Shown in pieces: positions 7,775 to 13,296 of a stretch of DNA of 13,296 nucleotides (positions are counted from its first letter, which is position 1; every line of letters starts with the position of its first letter). The translations under genes and the position numbers were made by a program. The notes under the pieces are model-generated. The model saw only the letters and a list, made by a program, of their open reading frames with translations, was not told the origin of the DNA and did no database searches. The DNA is taken from NCBI GenBank assembly GCA_964360965.1, contig CAYHYM010000013.1, forward strand, positions 1-13,296, written 5' to 3'. The stretch comes from an uncultured Gammaproteobacteria bacterium. GTDB taxonomy: Bacteria > Patescibacteriota > Microgenomatia > Daviesbacterales > UBA10151.

Positions 7775-8789
7775 TTCCTAAGTATTCTGCCAAATTTTGT
7801 CCATTAATATTGAATGGGCCATTTTCTCCTTCCACCATTTTTCTGGCTACTCTTCTTGATATCTGCTCCAGCGCCCTTGACAATGACCTGATCCCCGCAT
7901 CAAATCCCAAAGGACGGATGATCTGCGGCCAAACATTATCTTCAATATTCAATGTCTCAAATCCCAAACCAATATCATTTAAAATCTTTGGCAGCAGATA
8001 ATTTTTGCCAATAATAGTTTTTTCTTCATCAGAATAACTTGGCATCTCCACTGCCTCCATTCTGTCTAAGACTGCTGTGGCAATATTCGCCGTATTATTG
8101 GCAGTTGCAATAAAAAGAACCTGAGAAAGATCATATGGAAAATCCAGGTAATGGTCCAAAAAAGCTTGATTTTGCCCCGGATCCAAAAGCTCTACCAAAA
8201 CTCCCATAATATCCACTCTTTGCGCTTCTGCTATCCTGTCAATCTCATCCAAAAGTATCACCGGACTGCTTACCTGTGCATCTCTAATTGCTTTAATTAT
8301 TTGCCCCGGCTGGGCATCCGGCCTTGTTTTGGAAATTCCTCGAAGTTGCGTCACATCGCCAAGCCCCCCAAAAGGAATTCTAAAAATTTTCCTGCCCAAA
8401 CTTTCTGCAATAGAGTAGGCAATAGAAGTTTTACCTGATCCGACCAGTCCTACAAAAAGTAAGATGGGGGCGCGCATAATTTTTTGCTGAGTGCTCCTTT
8501 TTTGCAAAGTCAAAACAGCCAGATACTCTAAAATCCTATCTTTAACATTTTTTAAGCCGTAATGGTTTTTATCTAAAATTTGTCTGGCCCGGTCAAGATC
8601 TAAAATATCCTGGCTTAATTTGTTAAAAGGTAAGGAGGCAACAAAATCTATATATGATGCCGCTTTCTCAAATTCACTGCTTTGCAGGGGGAATCTTAAT
8701 AAATTTATCAGTTTCTCTTCAACATCTTGCGGTAAAGATACTTGAGCAATTTTTTGCTTTAACTCATCTAAAACTTGGGCAGTATCCAT
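7761..8789 (-). CDS. Lon-type AAA+ ATPase module only; no LON N-terminal substrate-binding domain and no S16 protease domain
   Basis: 342 aa, collinear with roughly residues 280-600 of E. coli Lon. Matching segments include ILDKNHYGLKNVKDRILEYLAV (Lon: ILDTDHYGLERVKDRILEYLAV), Walker A GLVGSGKTS and Walker B ILLDEID. Also LLDPGQNQAFLDHYLDFPYDLSQVLFIATAN (sensor 1), LDRME (Arg finger) and DAGIR (sensor 2). The protein ends at ...NLAEYLGNGQV, where the protease domain would begin in Lon. Confidence 0.85.
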   Translation of the reverse strand: MDTAQVLDELKQKIAQVSLPQDVEEKLINLLRFPLQSSEFEKAASYIDFVASLPFNKLSQDILDLDRARQILDKNHYGLKNVKDRILEYLAVLTLQKRSTQQKIMRAPILLFVGLVGSGKTSIAYSIAESLGRKIFRIPFGGLGDVTQLRGISKTRPDAQPGQIIKAIRDAQVSSPVILLDEIDRIAEAQRVDIMGVLVELLDPGQNQAFLDHYLDFPYDLSQVLFIATANNTANIATAVLDRMEAVEMPSYSDEEKTIIGKNYLLPKILNDIGLGFETLNIEDNVWPQIIRPLGFDAGIRSLSRALEQISRRVARKMVEGENGPFNINGQNLAEYLGNGQV

Positions 8790-8794
8790 ATTTT

Positions 8795-11092
8795 TTATCT
8801 TCCAAAGCCACCTCCACCACTGCGATTACGATTTCTTATACCACCACCCTGACTAAAACTTCGGCGGGCAGGCCGATCAAACCTACCAAAAGGCCTTGGT
8901 CTATCAGACCTAAATCCTCCAGTGGAACGACCGCCTGCGAACCGGGGTCTACCACCATCTCCAGCCTCACCAGCCTCGCGTCTGGGCGGGCCGAATCTAG
9001 GCGAGCTTCTGGGCCTTCCCTCAGACTGCGGTTTCATATCTTCTCCAAAAAGCATAGATAAACCAATTTTTCCATCCGATGATACATCCGTCACCCTTAC
9101 CTTAACTTCCTGACCCTCGGAAACAACGTCCTCCGCCCTTTCAACATGACCCGGCGCCATTTGTGAAATATGCACCAATCCATCTTTACCGGGTGCTATT
9201 TCCACAAAAGCCCCAAATGCTGTCAATCTTACCACCTTACCCATAAATTCCTCCCCCACACTAACAGTTTTAAACATTCCCTCCACTGATGAAATTGCCG
9301 CCTTGATTGATTCCTCACTGGTTGAAGAAATCATCACTGTCCCGTCATCTTTCACATCAATCTGGGCTCCGGTTTTGGCAATTATGCCATTGATATTTTT
9401 CCCGCCCGGGCCAATTAACATACCAATTTCTTCCGGTTTAATATGCAACATTCCCACTCTGGGGGCATGAGGAGATAGAGGAGCGGGTTGGGAAATTACC
9501 TCATTCATCTTATCCAGAATATCAAGCCTTGTTTTTTGACCCATTTCTAAGGCTTGTTCAATAATTTCAAAGCTGATACCCTCAAGTTTGGTATCCATCT
9601 GAATAGCTGTAATGCCGTTTTTAGTTCCGGCCACCTTAAAATCCATCTCTCCGTAAAAATCCTCCACAGCTCTCATATCTGTAATCACCTGGAATTTATC
9701 TTTATTTGACTTAAGGTTAATCGGACTTGATAAAAGTCCCAGAGCAATACCTGCCACAGGTTCAATCAAAGGAACTCCTGTGTTAAGTAAAGCCAGGGTT
9801 GAAGCACATAAAGATGCCATGGAAGTAGAGGCATTGGCAGCCAAAACCTCGGAAACCACCCTGATGGCATATGGGAAATCTTCCTCTTTGGGAATAACCG
9901 GGGAAAGAGCCTTTTCCACCAAAGACCCATGTCCAATATCACGTCTGTTGGGAGATCCTATTCTTTTTACCTCTCCTGTTGAAAACGGGTTAATGCTCAT
10001 ATTATAAAAATGCATAAATCTTTTTTGTTCCTCACCATACATCCCCTCAATAGTCTGCGATAAAGCTGCTGCTCCCAGGGTAACTACTGATAAAACTTGA
10101 GTGTCTCCCCGCTGAAAAATCGCTGAGCCATGAGTACGGGGCAATACCCCCACCTCAATACTGACGGGTCTCATTTCATCCATAGCTCTGCCGTCAACTC
10201 TTTTTCCCTGACCCAATATAGTTTCATTCATAATCTCCTTGGCGACCTTATCAAAAATGCCGGATACTATTTGAGGAGTTAAACTTTGGGCATATTTTAA
10301 AGACAGCTCTTCTTTGATCATATCGCCTGTGGCTTCATGCCAAGGATGTTCGTTATCAAATAAAGCTGCTTCTATACGCTCACGCGCCAGCTTTTTAATT
10401 TCATCTATTAACGTTTCTTCTATCTCCTCTGCTATATGAGAATATTGCTGTTTTTCCCGCCCTGCTTCTTTGGTAAAATCTTCTATCAGCCCGATCACAG
10501 GTTGGGCTTGATTGTACCCTTCTTTGATAGCTTCAAATACCATCTTTTCATCTGCCTGATTTGCTCCGGCCTCAATCATGACTACCTTATCAGAGGATGC
10601 AGCCACTAAAAGATCCAAATTGGGATGCTCAACTCTGACTGCGCCCAGCGGACCATGCCAAGGCACTGATGAAATCGATAGGGCGGCTGATGCGCCAATA
10701 AGTCCCGCCACATCAGGATCGCTGATTTGATCAATTGATAAAACCGTAATTATCACCTGAACCGCGCTCTGAAAATCCCCGGGGAATAAAGGCCTTATTG
10801 ATCTGTCAATCAATCTTCCAGATAAAATGGCTCCTTCTGAAGGCCTGTTTTCTCTTTTGATAAATTTGGAAGAAGAGATTCTGCCACCGGCATAATATTT
10901 CTCCACATAATCAACAGATAAAGGGAAATGGTCTGTGACCTCAACTGGGGGTTTGCTGACCACTGTTACCAAAACTACTGTTTCCCCCCAGGATACTACC
11001 ACAGAGGCATCTGCCTGCAGAGCCAGTTTGCCTGTTTCTAATTTTAATTTACGACCATTAAAGTCTATTTCTTTAGTAACTATTTTATTCAT
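8795..11092 (-). CDS. pnp: Polynucleotide phosphorylase with an extra Arg/Gly-rich C-terminal tail
   Basis: 765 aa with two RNase PH domains (RLIDRSIRPLFP; RVDGRAMDEMRPVSIEVGVLPRTHGSAIFQRGDTQ; RRDIGHGSLVEKAL). The metal-site region VEDFYGEMDFKVAGT is conserved. The KH domain has GMLIGPGGKNI and the S1 domain has GKVVRLTAFGAFVEI. An 84-residue R/G/P-rich extension follows. Confidence 0.95.
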   Translation of the reverse strand: MNKIVTKEIDFNGRKLKLETGKLALQADASVVVSWGETVVLVTVVSKPPVEVTDHFPLSVDYVEKYYAGGRISSSKFIKRENRPSEGAILSGRLIDRSIRPLFPGDFQSAVQVIITVLSIDQISDPDVAGLIGASAALSISSVPWHGPLGAVRVEHPNLDLLVAASSDKVVMIEAGANQADEKMVFEAIKEGYNQAQPVIGLIEDFTKEAGREKQQYSHIAEEIEETLIDEIKKLARERIEAALFDNEHPWHEATGDMIKEELSLKYAQSLTPQIVSGIFDKVAKEIMNETILGQGKRVDGRAMDEMRPVSIEVGVLPRTHGSAIFQRGDTQVLSVVTLGAAALSQTIEGMYGEEQKRFMHFYNMSINPFSTGEVKRIGSPNRRDIGHGSLVEKALSPVIPKEEDFPYAIRVVSEVLAANASTSMASLCASTLALLNTGVPLIEPVAGIALGLLSSPINLKSNKDKFQVITDMRAVEDFYGEMDFKVAGTKNGITAIQMDTKLEGISFEIIEQALEMGQKTRLDILDKMNEVISQPAPLSPHAPRVGMLHIKPEEIGMLIGPGGKNINGIIAKTGAQIDVKDDGTVMISSTSEESIKAAISSVEGMFKTVSVGEEFMGKVVRLTAFGAFVEIAPGKDGLVHISQMAPGHVERAEDVVSEGQEVKVRVTDVSSDGKIGLSMLFGEDMKPQSEGRPRSSPRFGPPRREAGEAGDGGRPRFAGGRSTGGFRSDRPRPFGRFDRPARRSFSQGGGIRNRNRSGGGGFGR

Positions 11093-11095
11093 AAT

Positions 11096-11365
11096 TTATT
11101 TTGTCAGTCCCAATTTCTCAATCACCATGGTATATCTTTCCTCATCTTTTTTAAGTAAGTATTGTAACAACCTTCTTCTTCTGTTAACCATAGATAAAAG
11201 TCCCCGACGGGAATGAATATCATGAGGATGCTCTTTTAAATGAACAGTCAAATTCTTAATTTGCTCTGTTAAAAGTGCAGCTTGCACTTCTGGGGACCCG
11301 GTGTCACCACTCTTTTGAGCAAATTGCTTGATAATTTGTTGTTTTACTTTTGCATCAAATGGCAT
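11096..11365 (-). CDS. rpsO: 30S ribosomal protein S15
   Basis: 89 aa containing [51 protein letters not shown], the canonical S15 sequence. Strong SD (aaaaaGGAGGgaagATG). It sits 3 nt upstream of pnp, the classical rpsO-pnp arrangement. Confidence 0.97.
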   Translation of the reverse strand: MPFDAKVKQQIIKQFAQKSGDTGSPEVQAALLTEQIKNLTVHLKEHPHDIHSRRGLLSMVNRRRRLLQYLLKKDEERYTMVIEKLGLTK

Positions 11366-11382
11366 CTTCCCTCCTTTTTAAT

Positions 11383-11411
11383 GGATCAACTTCGGTGCCA
11401 AGAAGTTGTCC
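11383..11411 (-). promoter_or_regulatory. 5'-UTR hairpin of rpsO; candidate S15 autoregulatory leader element
   Basis: The minus-strand RNA is GGACAACUUC-uuggcacc-GAAGUUG(A)UCC, 10 bp with one bulged A and an 8-nt loop. It ends about 6 nt before the SD. No U-tract follows, so it is not a terminator. Confidence 0.4.
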
Positions 11412-11433
11412 AAAATTAACTTAAGTTTTAAGT

Positions 11434-11462
11434 ATTGTAACAGAAACAATCAGAATATGCAA
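11434..11462 (-). promoter_or_regulatory. Sigma-70-type promoter for rpsO-pnp
   Basis: On the minus strand: TTGCAT (11462..11457), a 17-nt spacer, then TACAAT (11439..11434). It lies in the 101-bp gap upstream of rpsO and predicts a leader of about 60 nt. Confidence 0.6.
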
Positions 11463-11466
11463 GGCC

Positions 11467-12456
11467 TTATCCTATTGATGTGCCTTTGTAGATTTTGGGG
11501 GTGAGCCAGTCTGGTTCAGGATTTTCAGAAATAACTCCTTCATCAGCTGGTCTTTCTTCCGGAGAAGGATGGTCTGAATCCACCACAGTAGGAGTGGGGA
11601 AAGGTTCGCTATTCCCTTGAGCGGGAGATGGTTTAATAAGAGCAGAAAGATCCAGCCCTGATGGAGCAGATCCTTCAGATAATTTAGGTTTTTGTCCTCC
11701 TGCCTGCAGCAAATTTGCCACTGCCAGATAAGTGGAAGCTCCTATGCTATGATTTGTTAAATTCCCGCTTGACTCAAAAATGCCGGACAAGAGATTAGTG
11801 GCGCTATCCCCATCCAAAGACAGCCCCAAATCTGATATCAAATACATCATCATTTCTGATAAAAAAGAGGTATCTGGATCAATTACATTGGTGGAACCAA
11901 AGCCGGTATTTGAGCTTTGATTGTCTATATTGACAATATGCGCTCCTTGAAAAACCTGCTGATTTTGCAAATAAATGTTTCCCAAACTATTTAAATTAAC
12001 TGCCCCAACTATAAAAATTACATTAAAACCGCTTCCCTGATAATGGGGAGTTACTCTTGAGGGCTGAAATGTTTGTCCAGGCAGAACATGAAATATCAAA
12101 TTCAGGTTGTTGTTTTCCGGGAAATAATCCAGTTTTTCCAAACTGGGTATTTTCCAGCCAGTTTCACTGCCGGGATCAGGTACAGCAACACCCTCCAGGG
12201 TTAAAATAAAATTTCCGCCATTGGTTAAAGGTATATTTTTTTGAATATGATCTATACCAAAAAGGTGAGACTGGGTAACTTTGATGGTATCTTCGCATGA
12301 AATTACCACTTCTTTACCCTGTTGCGTGAGCAAAAGAAAAAGGGATAAACCCGCTGCCAGCCGGTCTATGTCAGAGGAGACAGGAAGCACAATCAAAATA
12401 TTTTTGGCAGTTGGCAGGAGATTTTTAAGATCAACAATTTGTGAATCGTATTTCAT
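11467..12456 (-). CDS. Degenerate DHH-domain protein (NrnA-like fold) with catalytic motifs replaced, no DHHA1 domain and a disordered Pro/Ser/Glu-rich C-terminal tail
   Basis: 329 aa, aligned by eye to NrnA-type DHH phosphoesterases. Motif I is NILIVLPVSSDIDRLAAGLSL (canonical ...HxxPDxDAxGS). Motif III is IVNIDNQSSN...NVIDPDTSFLSEMMMYLI (canonical IDHHxxN...vDxxasSxsEmvyel). Motif IV is ATNLLSGIFESSGNL...YLAVANLLQAGG (canonical AtaLytGIvtDTGxF...aaeLlexGa). No GGGH/DHHA1 region is present. Confidence 0.6.
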   Translation of the reverse strand: MKYDSQIVDLKNLLPTAKNILIVLPVSSDIDRLAAGLSLFLLLTQQGKEVVISCEDTIKVTQSHLFGIDHIQKNIPLTNGGNFILTLEGVAVPDPGSETGWKIPSLEKLDYFPENNNLNLIFHVLPGQTFQPSRVTPHYQGSGFNVIFIVGAVNLNSLGNIYLQNQQVFQGAHIVNIDNQSSNTGFGSTNVIDPDTSFLSEMMMYLISDLGLSLDGDSATNLLSGIFESSGNLTNHSIGASTYLAVANLLQAGGQKPKLSEGSAPSGLDLSALIKPSPAQGNSEPFPTPTVVDSDHPSPEERPADEGVISENPEPDWLTPKIYKGTSIG

Positions 12457-12480
12457 CTATAGTGGGGCAGTATGGTTGGG

Positions 12481-12509
12481 ATTGTATCTTACTATTCCAT
12501 AAAAATCAA
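12481..12509 (-). promoter_or_regulatory. Sigma-70-type promoter upstream of the DHH-like gene
   Basis: On the minus strand: TTGATT (12509..12504), a 17-nt spacer, then TACAAT (12486..12481), located 24 nt upstream of the ATG. It uses the same TACAAT -10 hexamer as the rpsO promoter. No SD lies in the short leader. Confidence 0.5.
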
Positions 12510-12518
12510 ATCAGTCAG

Positions 12519-13296
12519 CTATATTACCCTGAATGATTCCACCATATCCCCAATTTGGAAATCTAAAGCTGGATCAAAGAGCATGCCGCAATCATTTCCT
12601 TTTTCTACCTTATTTACCTCTTCTTTAACTTTTCTTAAAGATTTAAGTTTGGTCTCTCCTATTGCCTGATCATCTCTAACCACCCTGATTCTTTGTCCTT
12701 TGGCAACTCCCCCCTCAATCACTCTGCATCCGGCAATTCTTTCTCCTTTGCCATAGGGGAACTCGGCAATAATATCAGCCTTTCCCAAAACTTCTTCCAG
12801 CTGTCCCACCTCAAGTAAAGTTTTCACTACTTCTTCAATATCCTCCAAAAGCTCATAAATAATATTGTATGTTCTAATTAAAACATGCTCAGTTTCAGCT
12901 AACTTTTGGGCAGTTGGCGCCACTTTAACATTAAATCCCACCACAATGGCTCCAACAGTTGCCGCTAATTTAATATTTTCTTCCCCAATATCACCTGTAC
13001 CGGTAAAAATAAAATTGACCACTTTTCTCTCTTTGTTATTTTTTTCCAGTGATGCTTGAATTGCCTCCAGTGAGCCCTGCTTATCTGCCTTAATAATTAC
13101 CTTTAAGCTCTTTTCCTTTTCAGTTTTGAGCCTATCTACTAAACTAGCAGCTACCTCTTTAATAGATTGTTCAGCTTCTTCCTGGCCCAAAGTTGCTCCC
13201 ACTGGTGGGACATTTTCCAGACCTAATACTTCTACAGGAGTTGATGGTCCAGCCTGATCTAAGCTTTTACCTGAAAAATCAAACATCCCACGAACT
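12519..13296 (-). CDS. infB: Translation initiation factor IF-2, C-terminal part; the 5' end lies beyond the window end
   Basis: The frame is open to the window edge (...VRGMFDFSGKSLDQAGPSTPVEVLGL...), so the track's M at 13286 is internal. Matching IF-2 domains III through C2 are KVIIKADKQGSLEAIQASL, IFTGTGDIGEENIKLA, IVVGFNVKV, IRTYNIIYELLEDIE and AGCRVIEGGVAKGQRIRVVRD...LKSLRKVKEEVNKVEKGNDCG. Confidence 0.93.
   Translation of the reverse strand, partial: VRGMFDFSGKSLDQAGPSTPVEVLGLENVPPVGATLGQEEAEQSIKEVAASLVDRLKTEKEKSLKVIIKADKQGSLEAIQASLEKNNKERKVVNFIFTGTGDIGEENIKLAATVGAIVVGFNVKVAPTAQKLAETEHVLIRTYNIIYELLEDIEEVVKTLLEVGQLEEVLGKADIIAEFPYGKGERIAGCRVIEGGVAKGQRIRVVRDDQAIGETKLKSLRKVKEEVNKVEKGNDCGMLFDPALDFQIGDMVESFRVI

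Noticed and set aside
7761-8789. The Lon-like gene as a pseudogene or assembly-truncated Lon
   Set aside because: The ORF is intact from a start 5 nt after pnp to a stop that overlaps the rnj start. No residual protease-like sequence can fit. ATPase motifs are conserved. I therefore treat it as a genuine short form, pending the checks listed in the findings.
8654-9113. GC-rich island as foreign or inserted DNA
   Set aside because: It is the in-frame 3' continuation of pnp, and its composition is explained by Arg, Gly and Pro codons. There are no flanking repeats or mobility genes.
768-13059. All 16 plus-strand ORFs in the track (62-135 aa), including 8654..9061 (135 aa) and 5518..5814 (98 aa)
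   Set aside because: Each lies entirely antisense to a minus-strand gene with strong family motifs, or within the alaS upstream region (1415..1609). Their sequences are low-complexity or compositionally odd and they lack SD sequences. The 8654-9113 pair is a by-product of the GC-rich RG-tail coding region.
1-13296. Alternative genetic code (for example UGA recoding, as in some CPR lineages)
   Set aside because: All conserved proteins translate full-length under the standard code with no in-frame stops. TGA appears as a terminator at sensible protein ends (ftsK and the 97-aa gene).
1-13296. CRISPR arrays, transposases, integrases, toxin-antitoxin pairs and known defence genes
   Set aside because: No spaced repeat arrays and no ORFs with the relevant motifs. 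Every ORF over 140 aa except the 225-aa membrane-anchored protein (1617..2294) is assigned to a housekeeping family or a relic of one.

Overview
This is an AT-rich, tightly packed housekeeping locus, and every credible gene lies on the minus strand. Gaps are short and there are several stop/start overlaps. The style fits a small-genome uncultivated bacterium; Patescibacteria/CPR-like is my guess and cannot be verified here. Reading right to left on the minus strand: infB (3' part, runs off the window), then a promoter and a degenerate DHH-domain protein. A second promoter and leader hairpin precede rpsO, pnp, a Lon-type AAA+ module with no protease domain, rnj, ftsK, a HIT hydrolase, a RodZ-like protein and a small membrane protein. 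A 179-bp gap follows, then a 49-aa membrane peptide, a 225-aa membrane-anchored exported protein and a hairpin. The last gene is alaS (5' 475 codons), which is absent from the ORF track because it has no stop in the window; I translated it by hand. I see no rRNA, tRNA, CRISPR array, transposase, integrase or recognisable defence or toxin genes, and no clear new multi-gene system. The unusual items are modest: (1) a Lon AAA+ core lacking both the N-terminal and protease domains and the pore-loop tyrosine, sitting between PNPase and RNase J; (2) an 84-residue Arg/Gly-rich tail on PNPase; (3) a DHH-fold protein with most catalytic motifs replaced and no DHHA1 domain, in the infB-rpsO slot; (4) exact TATAAT boxes 6-7 nt upstream of the ATG of three genes that lack a Shine-Dalgarno sequence, which may indicate leaderless mRNAs; (5) small unannotated ORFs and leader structures. 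All functional calls rest on motif recognition by eye, with no database search.
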